Position numbers and translations under genes: made by a program. DNA of 32,000 nucleotides from Wallemia ichthyophaga EXF-994. Taxonomy: Eukaryota > Fungi > Basidiomycota. Below are positions 1 through 10,985 of this stretch, one piece after another (within the stretch, counting starts at the first letter, position 1; each line of letters opens with the position of its first letter). The stretch is taken from assembly GCF_000400465.1 (NCBI RefSeq), contig NW_008806293.1, positions 32,601-64,600 of the forward strand, read 5' to 3'. Below the pieces are notes generated by a model. The model had not been told where the DNA came from. It made no database searches and saw nothing but the letters and a program-made list of their open reading frames with translations.

Positions 1-1612
1 TAAGCCCTTCTATGGCTTGATTCTGTATACTTGCAAGTTTAGTTGATATGCTTATCAGCTTTTCATAATCATCTTGTGCATCTGTATGTTTTTCGTTCAT
101 TTCATAACTAGATGCACGAGATCTGTATGCTTTGGCGACTGTTTCTAACACATTAACACCATCACTAGGTTCATAATCTTGATTTACGATCGAAATTGCA
201 CTTGACGCAGCTTTAACTCCACCATCACCATCACCATTCTTCACGTGCGTAGCGGCAAGATTAGTATTGATTACAGCACAGCGTATGTGGTTGGGAGGTA
301 TAACCGACGCTGCTTGCTCATACAACTCAACAGCTTGAGCATATGATCCTAACTTGAATGCTTCATTCCCTTGAATGCGCAAAGCAGCTGATTGATCCAA
401 TGCTGCTTGTGATACAGGAGGATTCACACGTGATTTTTTTGGTTTAGGTGATGTTATCGGTGGTTTTGTCGGTGTTCTTGGTTCTGCTGCTACGGGCGTA
501 CCTGTGCGACTGCGAACGGCATGTCTCGCTGGAGATACATAGGACTTGGGTTTAAATGCATCGAGTAGACTGCCAGAAGATTGTTGTGAAGACTGTCTAG
601 ACGGTTGCTGAGAACTCTGCTCACGTTGCTCGGGCTGCTGAGATTGTTGCATCTTGGTTGGTAGAAATGAACTCTGTTGTACAGGTATATCATCATCTTT
701 GAAACCACTAGACTCTCCTTCCTCCCAACGTCTTTTTCGTTCTTCATACTCCCGCTTCTCATTGGCTTTTCTTAAACGATCTTGATCAGATTGTTGCTGA
801 TTTACGCGCAAACGTTGATCTTCTAAAGCTTTTTGAGCCATGTTCTTCCCAACAGACCAGTAAGAAGAAGCTTTAGAGAAGAGATCGTTACCGATCGTGG
901 AAGCTTGTTGAAGTAGTTGGTCAGATTGAGGTAATTGAGGGGAGTGTTGGGTTTGTTTAGGTGGTTGAGATTTGGGTTTGTGGGTATCAGGAGGTTCTTG
1001 TGGTGTATCAATTTGTTGATTAGCATTAGAGTGACTAATAAGGATGGTAGCTGCAGCTGAGACATCAAAATTTGCGCTTTTAAGAGCGTGATTGGCATCT
1101 AAAGCGCTAAAACCCATCTCAACGAGCTGACCGATAAGGTGAGGGGGTGGAGATGAGGATTTTTTTGGTAAAGAGTGTGTCTCAGGTGGGTGACTGTGTA
1201 CAGGCTTAGCGAGATCACCGAGGATATCGAAATCGTCAGGATTATTGGAAGGGGAGTTGATTGAAAGAGACTTAGAGGAATCAAGGACGCTAAAGTCATT
1301 AAAGCCATCGACAAGGGTATCGTCACCGAGGAGGTTGTTTGAGAGGTTGTTATTAGTGGTGGTGGTGGTGGTGTTGCTACTAGTGCCAGTACTAGTACTA
1401 GTGCCACCCAAGAAATCCAAACCATTCCAATTAATATCGTGTGTCTGTTGGTTGTGCTGTGGTTGTTGCTGCGGCTGGTCCTTTAGCAACTGGTTTCCCT
1501 GCTGTTGCTGCCTTCTCTGACCGTCTAAATCGAATAAAGTTTTATCAGAATTTCCATTAAAGTCTAAAAGACCATCGAAAGCATCCGACTTTTTGTTTGA
1601 GTTTGAATTCAT
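1..1612 (-). CDS. SWA2: Swa2/auxilin-like UBA-TPR protein (clathrin uncoating co-chaperone); 3' end (expected J domain) lies outside the window
   Basis: Stop-free minus frame from ATG 1612 (MNSNSNKKSDAFDGLLDF) to position 2. It contains a UBA motif (LIGQLVEMGFSALDANHALKSANFDV) and TPR motifs (ALRIQGNEAFKLGSYAQAVELYEQA...NTNLAATHVKNGD). Not in the ORF track because it runs off the edge. The orthology call rests on domain order. Confidence 0.75.
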   Translation of the reverse strand, partial: MNSNSNKKSDAFDGLLDFNGNSDKTLFDLDGQRRQQQQGNQLLKDQPQQQPQHNQQTHDINWNGLDFLGGTSTSTGTSSNTTTTTTNNNLSNNLLGDDTLVDGFNDFSVLDSSKSLSINSPSNNPDDFDILGDLAKPVHSHPPETHSLPKKSSSPPPHLIGQLVEMGFSALDANHALKSANFDVSAAATILISHSNANQQIDTPQEPPDTHKPKSQPPKQTQHSPQLPQSDQLLQQASTIGNDLFSKASSYWSVGKNMAQKALEDQRLRVNQQQSDQDRLRKANEKREYEERKRRWEEGESSGFKDDDIPVQQSSFLPTKMQQSQQPEQREQSSQQPSRQSSQQSSGSLLDAFKPKSYVSPARHAVRSRTGTPVAAEPRTPTKPPITSPKPKKSRVNPPVSQAALDQSAALRIQGNEAFKLGSYAQAVELYEQAASVIPPNHIRCAVINTNLAATHVKNGDGDGGVKAASSAISIVNQDYEPSDGVNVLETVAKAYRSRASSYEMNEKHTDAQDDYEKLISISTKLASIQNQAIEGL

Positions 1613-1641
1613 TTGATGGTTCCAATCAAACAGCCAGGTCA

Positions 1642-4140
1642 ATGAGAATAATCGTGAGTTGCTTGAATTATTCAAATGAATTTAAATTTTAATAATAAAT
1701 CCAGGTAAAAGGTGGTGTTTGGAAGAATACGTGGGTGTTTAAATCCCTTTGAAGTAATTCCATCTAACCCATCAACGCCCACAGCGAGGATGAAATATTA
1801 AAGGCTGCTATATCCAAGTATGGTAAGAATCAGTGGGCTAGAATATCGTCTCTCTTAGTTCGTAAAACACCAAAGCAATGTAAAGCTCGTTGGTATGAGT
1901 GGTTAGATCCTTCAATAAAGAAGACTGAGTGGTCAAAACTCGAGGATGAGAAGTTACTCCACTTGGCCAAGTTAATGCCCACTCAATGGCGTACTATTGC
2001 TCCTATCGTTGGTAGAACTGCCACTCAATGTCTCGAACGCTATCAACAACTCCTCGACGAAGCTGAACGCCAAGAGAACGTTGATCTTGGTTTATCTGGC
2101 CCTGGCGATGAAGCTGGTCCAAGTGATGACATGCGTAAACTAAAACCTGGTGAATTAGACACTGACCCAGAATCCAAACCCGCAAAACCTGATCCTATCG
2201 ATATGGATGAAGATGAGAAGGAAATGCTTAGTGAAGCTCGCGCTAGACTTGCAAACACTCAAGGTAAGAAAGCTAAACGTAAAGCACGTGAACGTCAACT
2301 TGAGGAAGCTCGTCGTTTAGCTGTTCTTCAAAAGCGTCGTGAATTGAAAGCTGCAGGTGTCATTTCAAGGATACGTGAGAAGAAAAAGGGCGTTGATTAC
2401 AACGCGGATATTCCTTTCGAGAAACAGCCTGCTATTGGTTTCTATGATGTTGGTGAAGAACGCGCAAAGACTTACGATTCCTCCATCGGTAAATCAAGAA
2501 TGGAAGCTGAAGGTAAACGCAAATCAGATAAAGGTGATGATGATCGTCGCAAGAAGCAGAAAACTTCTAATAAAGAATCTAATGATAAATTTCAAGCTGC
2601 TCGTGAAGCTCAAATTGCCAAACTCAAAGAAGCTGACAAAATATCTGCTCGTCGTAAATTAGACCTACCAACTCCTCAAGTGGGTGAAAAGGAACTTGAA
2701 GATATCGTCAAACTTGGTCAAGCAGGTGAAAGTGCTCGTGAGCTTGTTGAGGATGGTCAAGGCTCTACTCAAGGTTTACTCAGTGACTACGACGCTCTTG
2801 GTCCTGTACAAAATCTGCGCACTCCTCGTACTGAACAAGGCGAGGATAATGTGATGAGTGAAGCACGCAATTTGAGAAACATGACAGCAAGTCAAACACC
2901 TTTACTTGGTGAGGAGAATACACCGATCCATGAGCAGAAAGGTGGTACAGGTTATGATTCGGCCACTCCACGACACGCACCAAACTTCACTCCCAACCCT
3001 CTAGCCACGCCTAGTCAAGTTGGTCCAGGAGCTACACCACTCAAAACACCTATGCGCGATACACTCTCAATCAATCGCACAGATGGTATCTCTGAAGCAT
3101 TCGAAACACCCGCTGAGCGTAAATTCAGCGAAAAGTCTGAACGTGCTAGGCTGAAGATGGGTTTTAAGAGTCTACCCACACCTCAAAACAACTTCGAAAT
3201 TGAAATGCCTGAAGATGAGGTGAACGAGGATGGTGATAGTGTTGCTATATCGCGTAAAGAGGATGCAGCAGAGCGTGATGCACGTATTGCAGCTGCTATT
3301 GTTGAAGAAGAGCGCAAAATAGCATCTCGACGTTCATCCGCAATCAAACTCAGTCTACCGCGTCCAATTAATGTGGATGCTGCCCAGCTTCTTGGCTCGC
3401 TAACGCTCAATGAAAAGACAGTAGATGAGATGATAGAGAATGAATATCTCAGGTTGGTAGTTCACGATGCAGTGTATTACCCACTCCCTGGATCTACACC
3501 TGCCAAAGATATTGATGAAATCACTCAGCTTCCAGATGAAGCTGTTGAAGCCGCTAAAGCGGCTGTGAATACTGAGCTTGCAGCAAGGATGGGTGTACCT
3601 GGTGCCAACGCTGATGCAGTCAAACGCAGTCTTTTAGTATCGATTGAAGGACAACTTGATGCTATACCAGCAGGTGAATTCGCTTACTCATCATCTAAGA
3701 AGGCAGTTGTCAGTGTAAATGAGCTCAGTGAGGTTGAGAAGGTCAAATATTATGAAGCCAGATTCAACAGTATCAAGGAAAGATTAACGAATGACGCGAT
3801 TAAGACAGCAAAGCAGGAAAAGAAGCTTGGGGTGAAATTGGGTGGATATATTGCACGTAAGGATGTGTTATCGAAGAGATTACTTGACGCTTTCAATGCG
3901 AATGAGATTGGATCTATTGAAAGAGAGGCATTTGGTCAACTGGCACTGAATGAGCGTGAAGCTGCACCAATTCGTGTGAATAGACTCGAAAAGGAGGTCT
4001 CGTTTATGCAACAGCGTGAAGCTGAACTTCAATCAAGATATAAGGAAATGGACATGGAAAGACATCGCCGTGAGCAAATCATTGAAGGATTAGAGGAAGA
4101 GGAAGCAGAGCGTCTTAATGAAATAGCGCTAGCTGAGTGA
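1642..4140 (+). CDS. CEF1: Pre-mRNA splicing factor Cef1/CDC5L (Myb repeats)
   Basis: Exons 1642-1653, 1705-1730 and 1785-4140 (GT-AG introns of 51 and 54 bp) give [62 protein letters not shown], the canonical Cef1 N-terminus, in frame with ORF 1963..4140. Confidence 0.97.
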
Positions 4141-4218
4141 ATTGTAAAATATAAAATAAACAATTTAATCATTGATGACGTCTTTAGTGGGGTTGATTCA
4201 AAACCATCACGATCAATA

Positions 4219-5871
4219 ATGAAGACCAACGCAGTGGTGATTTCTTTGGCACTTAGCACAGCTGCCGTAGAAGCCAATTGGTTCGATAGCAAGCCACACA
4301 GCCTTAAGGTATGCAGCCTTCTCACGCGTATTCCCAAGGCTAATTAGATTAAAAGGATTGGAATGCTGATCAACTTCAAGGCTGGCTCAAGGAAAACAAA
4401 ATTAGTTTCCCTGATAACGCAAATAAGGATGATTTGCTTAGATCCGTGCACAAGAGCTGGGATACTATAGCAAACCATCAGCAACGTCTTCTTAATGACT
4501 TGAAAGACGAGACGATTGATAGGTGGGCGTGGATATTGTAGCCAACACACAGCTCACACAATTTCACAGTTGGGATGAGTCTAAAATACGCCAATACCTC
4601 CTCGAAAATGGCGTCGTTGCTCCAAGCTCAAATGTAGAAGAATTGCGCGTGTTAGTGAAGCAATTGTGCGTATTTATATAGTCATTCACTCAATAGCTTA
4701 TATCACACAGAGTCACTGAAGTTCGCTCCTCTGCCTCCTCTGCATCCGCTCAAGCAACTGCCCATGCCGCGTCCGCTTACGATTCAAGCAAGGAATACGC
4801 TAAGGATCATATTCATTTCGTTCAAGATTACGTTCTTAACGAGCTCAATGACTCCAAAGACTTCATTTACTCCACTTGGAATGACAACGACTTGCGCTCT
4901 TTCCTCGAGAGAAAGGGTGTTATTCGAACTAATGTTCAAGTTAAACGCGATGATCTGCTTAAAAGTATGCGTCATTACTACGCTGCTGCCACAGACCCTG
5001 TATACGCTGCTTGGTCAGACAATTACATCGTGAGTTTCATCATGCATAAAAAAGCACCCACTAATCACTCAAGCAGAGACACTGGCTTCAGAACAATGGC
5101 GTCATCAAGTCCAAGACGGCTCAGACTCGTGACGAATTACTCAACTTGATGAAGGTTTGTTGGGATGTCAAAAGTGGTTCGCCAGCTAACCCTATACAGG
5201 ACAACTACTATGACGCAAAGAGCTATGTCTACAACAGCTGGTCTGACAACCAAATTCGCAGCTGGCTAATCGACAATGGCTACCTCATGTCAAGAGAACA
5301 GAAAACACGCCAAGAACTTCTCGATCTCATCGACAAGTACTTTACTACATCCCGTAACACTGTCATATCTTCTTGGCACACAAGCGACCTCCGTCAATGG
5401 GCTATCGAGCACAACCTCATCAAGTCAGATGTACAAATTAAGCGTGAAGATTTGGAAAAGTTGGCCCACAAAAAGTACGACAAGTTAACGCAAGCTGCTT
5501 CACCATACATTGCATGGACTGATGCCAGATTGCGTGGATGGTTGAGAGCACACTCTCCAGACATGAACGCAGCCAACAAGACACGCACTGAACTTATCAG
5601 TGAGGTGAGAAAGCGCTACTCAGCAACACAGGGCTATGGTGAATCTCTCAAGGGCACTATCATGTCTTATGTTGATTTCGGTTTGCATTCTATCGATCAC
5701 TTTTATGCATACCTCACTGGCACGGCTCAGTCACTCGCTGAACGCGCACAGGAAAAGGCGGAGGTGCTTGGTAAATCGGCTGACGCGGCGTCTTCCTCCG
5801 CTGCAAGCGCTGCGTCATCTGCATCTTCCTTGGTCGCTAAGGCTTCCCACTCTGCCAAACAAGAGCTTTGA
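4219..5871 (+). CDS. Ish1/Msc1-family stress-responsive nuclear envelope/ER protein, multi-exon
   Basis: Signal peptide MKTNAVVISLALSTAAVEA and repeated W-x-x-x-x-L/I-x-x-W/Y/F-L units (DWNADQLQGWLKEN, WDESKIRQYLLENG, WNDNDLRSFLERKG, WSDNQIRSWLIDNG, WTDARLRGWLRAH). Five GT-AG introns splice into one open frame ending at ORF 5146..5871. Confidence 0.85.
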
Positions 5872-7200
5872 TCGGTTTGAAAATGAGAAGTTTTACTTAC
5901 TACAATTCTTAACGACTATGATGCTAATATGATTTATTTCTGCTGTACTGTTAAAATGAATAGTCTGATAACCAATATCAATTGTGATGGATCTCGGATA
6001 CGACTTGGTTTGTATATTCTATCTCACACCCGCATATCATGAAGAAGTTATTACTTTAAGCGGCTCTAAAAAGTATTTATTAGCTGGGAGACATAATTGT
6101 ACTCATTTCACCACGCAAATGGCTAACTTAGTGAGGAGACAAACGCAGAAATACCATATACTGACTATTTGAGCAATTTAACAATACCGCCATTTTCTTA
6201 GCATCTTCAACATTCTATAAACATCCTCAATTTAACCCTGCGCTCAATAACCACCGAGTTGAATTTCTCGACTACCACCAATCTCATCTCAGACGGTGTT
6301 TTACGACTTTTGATGATCTCCAAATAAAAAAGCTTTGATGATAGCTCTGGATGGAGCGAATATGATTTTACCATATTTAGATCTCTGGAGTTCCTAATGG
6401 GTGCCCTGCACGCTGATCGGAAGCAATGACCCGAAATCGCTCTAAAGCACGCTACAGGATAGTTATGGAGTAACTGACGCGCTAACTCGATGTAATAAGG
6501 TCGAATCTGACTTTAAGAGGCTGGAACCGCTCAAATATTATATATATTCCGTCCTTTAAACGCGATTTCCTTTTTTTTTTTTTTCGGAAACTCAGCATCC
6601 ACAGGACTTAATGTTGGCAGCAAGAAAAAGGCTTGGAAATTTTGAGTCATTGCACAATTATTCACTGCAATTAATTCAAAGAAAAGTGGGGTTCAGTCCA
6701 ACTCCGAAATCAGGAGTTTGTCTCGACCAGGTGCATTCAGAGATATCAAAACATCGGGGTGTGAAGGTGATTGAGGCTGCGTTAGAATTGCAGAAGGACT
6801 TTTATTGGGAATAAATATTTTTAGATACCAAATCACACTTCCTGAAACATGCCACATTTCGCTGAAGTAGTACAGAGCACATCACTGCGATATTTACAAC
6901 ATCCCTGCTTTCGAATAATTCGCGAAATCAATAGCTTCGTAATGATGTTAATATTGCTCGCGTTAGCAGTAATTACAGTGCTATGACAAACACGTCATTG
7001 AGCATGCCATTCTCGGTTAGAAAGAAACTACTCGTCAGATTGTCGAGTGATGAAACAGACGTACTTATTAAATTTAACAATGCTTTAAATGTCAATTACA
7101 TTATTCAAAGTAAGATTGATATACATATAAGTTAGAAAGCGTGAAGAGTTAAAGGGTGCGCGTGAAAAGGCATGCAGTGAGTAGTAAGACACATCCAACG

Positions 7201-7949
7201 CTACCTTCTACTCGCCCAACCATTATCTAAAGGTCTACGCCTAAGAATAAAGTCAGAAAAGCTGGTATTTGGTTTGACACCCACATAGATTGTCCACCAT
7301 AACCACCACTGTGACCAGCAGTTAAAGATCCGCTATTAGGCGGAGGAGGCGGTCTGCGTTGAGCTTGACCTGGCAAATGGAGGTGTACAGAGAGATAATC
7401 ACCTGGGAAGATGCGTGCATCTTCGAGTGTATCGGCGTCGTCATATTTGTCGCTATAGTTCTTCACACAGAGACTGAAACGGCCTAAATCCCTTTCTCTA
7501 TGAAACATGGATTTCATATCGACGTAAATACACCTCTGTAAGTGCATTGTCAGCGATGTTTGATTTGTGATAAAAGGAAGCTTACGAGACCGTATATTGC
7601 TCGAGGATTGCGTTGGTGCTCTGGTAGAGAGTGCTGAAGAAGAAGAATGAGCTCTCTGATGGTGGTATCGCGGCTGTTTTGTGAGTGTAAGAGGTGTCTT
7701 CTTTTGAGTTTTGAGTGACTAACGTAGCCAATATCTGAATGATATGAGTTAATAATGTCAGCCTCAAGTACACCAAACTCACATCATATTCGTCCTTCGG
7801 CGGTACACCTTTATCAAAAGAGTATGCGTCGTACGGCTGAGAGGTCCTGACGAAAGTTCTAATAAGGCGCGGTCCGACAAGATTCTAATAAGCGGTGTTA
7901 GATTAAATTACTAGAAAAACAATAGACGCGCCTTCTTATCGATGTCCAT
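7201..7949 (-). CDS. SAP18: Sin3-associated polypeptide SAP18 (ASAP/HDAC complex subunit), divergent
   Basis: Spliced product MDIDKKNLVGPRLIRTFVR...PPKDEYDILATRDTTIRELILLL...RCIYVD...RDLGRF...DTLEDARIFPGDYLSV fits the SAP18 pattern. Introns are 7931-7885 (GC-AG), 7782-7735, 7723-7674, 7585-7536 and a probable last intron giving ...MRRPLDNGWASRR*. Confidence 0.8.
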
Positions 7950-7968
7950 TCTCTTGTAAAGTACGGTG

Positions 7969-8496
7969 ATGGGTGATCAAGAGCTAGAAGCTATTAGACA
8001 GTCGAGGCTCCAGCAGCTCAAGCAGCAAGGTGGTGGAGGCTCTGGTGGAAAAGATCCAGAGGCAGCATCCGCCAATGATGAAGCCAAGCACATGGATTTG
8101 GCAAGGATTCTTGAACCGCAAGCGTGAGTGGATGTATGAGTTTACAATTTGGCTAAAGAAGCGCGTAAATAGAAGGGAAAGATGTGAGTATCTACGTAAT
8201 AATTATTAAATTACCTCACAAGGCCTACAAGTATCGAGAATCGCACTTGTAAAACCAGAACACAGCGAGAGAATAAAGGATATGCTGATTAAAATGGCAA
8301 AATCAGGACAGATTAGATCGCAAGTGACTGAGCAGCAGCTCGTTGGGCTACTCGATCAAGTTTCTTCTGTTGTGCCATCAGCCTCTGCATCCAAAATAAC
8401 GGTAAGTGAGAATTTAGCGATTTTAAGCAGCGTTAAAGAATCGTGCAGTTTAACAGGAAGCAAGTTATTGACGATGAAGATGATTTTGACTTGTAA
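7969..8496 (+). CDS. PDCD5: PDCD5/TFAR19/Sdd2 double-stranded DNA-binding domain protein
   Basis: MGDQELEAIRQSRLQQLKQQ...LARILEPQARERLSRIALVKPE...VTEQQLVGLLDQV...DDEDDFDL*. Three short GT-AG introns, including an 11-nt exon at 8173-8183. Confidence 0.93.
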
Positions 8497-8526
8497 TTGA
8501 TTGATAAACTTCTTTCTTCAACATTC

Positions 8527-9561
8527 ATGGGTAACCCACGCAACGCACGCAAGTCTGGTAGAAGAACGAATAACGTCATTGATGATACCAAGGATTACGA
8601 GCGCGATCTTAAGACTCAAGTTGACAGTATGGGCTTGTACACTGTTGATACCCCGACAGATGGTAGCTGTATGTTCCACGCCATTTCTGATCAAATGTAC
8701 GGCGACAACAAATTTCACTTGGAGCTGAGAAATAGCACTTGTAATTACCTTGAAGAGAACGAGGATTTGTACGCAGGTTTCATTGAGGATGATCAAACGT
8801 ATAGTCAACACGTGGATAATATGCGGGACCCAACAACATATGGTGGCCATTTAGAGCTTTCTGCGCTAGCTAATATAACAAGACACTCAATTAAGGTTAT
8901 ACAACCCAATTTAATTTATGTCGTAACTGCAGATAACACATTACCGCCTAATCTCTACGTAGCCTATCACAATTGGGAGCATTACTCATCCGTGAGGAAC
9001 AAGAAAGGTCCTCATAAAGGTCCTCCTATGGTACAAGAGGTGGGTTTAGGATTTCCCTTTATTTGGATGCGCTGAAATTGTATATAGCAAATAGGAGTGA
9101 CTGAAAATGTCTCTAATTACCATAATGACCAAAATCAAGATGTCATGAATCAAGTAATGCGATGTATCCCCGCTGATCTACAAGCTATAGCACAGGAAGA
9201 GCGTATAGTGGAAATACTCGCAGACTTTGATAATAACTGGGAAAATGCCGTGGAGTACATACTTGAGTACAGAGAAGTGACTATTGATCACCTCGGCGAC
9301 CGGTCAAGTAAGGCCGCCGAGATTGAGACCGACAAGGCGTCAAAGTCACCGAAGCGAGAGCTGGAAGAGAGTAGTGGGGAGGATAAGGGGGATCAGACGG
9401 TGAAAAAAACCAACAGAAGAGAAAAAAAGGCGCAGAAGAAGCAGAACAAGTCAGACAAGCGCAGAGTGACGCGTAGTATGGCACGCGAAGACAAGGAAGA
9501 AGATATACACCATGTTAATAACTCAATTGCGTCAAATACACCGCTAGAATTGAAAATATAA
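8527..9561 (+). CDS. OTU-domain cysteine protease (OTUD3-like deubiquitinase) with C-terminal CUE/UBA-like segment
   Basis: Catalytic motifs DGSCMFHAISDQ, YGGHLELSA and AYHNWEHYSSVR. Intron 9040-9087 joins ORFs 8497..9075 and 9097..9561 in frame. Confidence 0.88.
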
Positions 9562-9653
9562 ATTTTGTATAAATATCGTATGATGATATAATTAGCTGAA
9601 TATGAAGAGACTCGCTTGGCTTTTCGCACGAACGTCGAGATATAAATAAAGCG

Positions 9654-10872
9654 ATGGACTTTATAAAGAACTTGAAAGATATCTCGCAATCACTCGTAAA
9701 TGCGCCAATAACGGGACCTGGGGAGAATGAGGACAGATCCAGTCACTCACTATCCCAGAATCATGCACCAAGTTCCGTTAAGAGCGGCAGCCGTGGCGAC
9801 AAAGGCGAGAATGATGTTGCTGATAGTGCATCACCCAATAAAACTAGAAGGAAGAAATACGCTCCTGAACTTCTTGTGATTGTCAGACCACCTCCACACA
9901 TATCCAACAACCCAATGAACCTCCAAATACAGCTCGTTACTCCAAAGTCTAATCGACAGTCAACTGCATCCGATGGCGATCTATCTAGATCATCTTCCAT
10001 ACACTCGGACCATTCCCTTGGTCAGGTCTCAAATCTAAGCCTTCACAGCACAACCTCACAGATAACTTCCGGTGGCAGAAAATTAATCCCATTGTACAAT
10101 CTACAATACCACAACGTTCTCACTACTGCCATCACTGATGCAGGCACTGACGCCCGTATCGCTAGGTTCACTAAACGCGGTCTCGATATTCAAAATCTCA
10201 TTAATTTGGAAACTGAGGGCGTCCTTGATGACACTTTGTCTACTACTTCTACCAAAAAGTTCTCCCTCGATAACTTGTTCAAGTTAACTAAAGACAAGGG
10301 TAGCGCTTTGGATAAAACTCCGAATCAAGAGGAGTACACATGGAATGTCAAACGCGTCATGAAAGGCAATGATGAAATCATAGAGGATGATGCCCTACGG
10401 TTTTTGTGGCAGAAAAAGACCGACAGTACCCCAACTTCCGGTGACAATTCGAGAAGATCATCCATTAGTCATTCTCAGTCATCGAGACCAAATTCAAAGC
10501 CTAATTCGAAACCTAATTCAACAATTGACACCGATATAGATAGAGAGGACGATGAGACGCCGTGGAAATTCTACGCGCTGTCCAAACACTTTGAGAGGGT
10601 TCATTTAGGTACTATCCACCCGGCACCTCATCATCCAAGGATAGTGGGACAGCTAAAAGTACCATTTCCGCTCCCAAGTGTACAATTACCAAATACCAAC
10701 ATCAACCTGTCTCCAGAAGACCTCAAAGATATCCTTTCATGTACTGGTTTGGTGCGTAGGCGTCTTTAGCTGTTCAACAACTTTACTAACTTAATCCTAG
10801 TGGCTTGTCATCAAAGAAGAGTTTGGCGGTCTTGATAAGCGTAGAAAAGGCGATGGGTGGAGAATAACGTAA
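9654..10872 (+). CDS. Conserved fungal hypothetical protein
   Basis: 371-codon ORF plus intron 10752-10800 giving the C-terminus PAPHHPRIVGQLKVPFPLP...EDLKDILSCTGLWLVIKEEFGGLDKRRKGDGWRIT*. No function recognised. Confidence 0.75.
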
Positions 10873-10985
10873 GTTGCACATAATTACCCACACTTTTTTT
10901 CTTCACTTGAGCACACCTATCTACACTAAGGAGTCTGTTAACTAACTAATTTGATGCATTTAACTAATACGTTTAATTATGTGTT

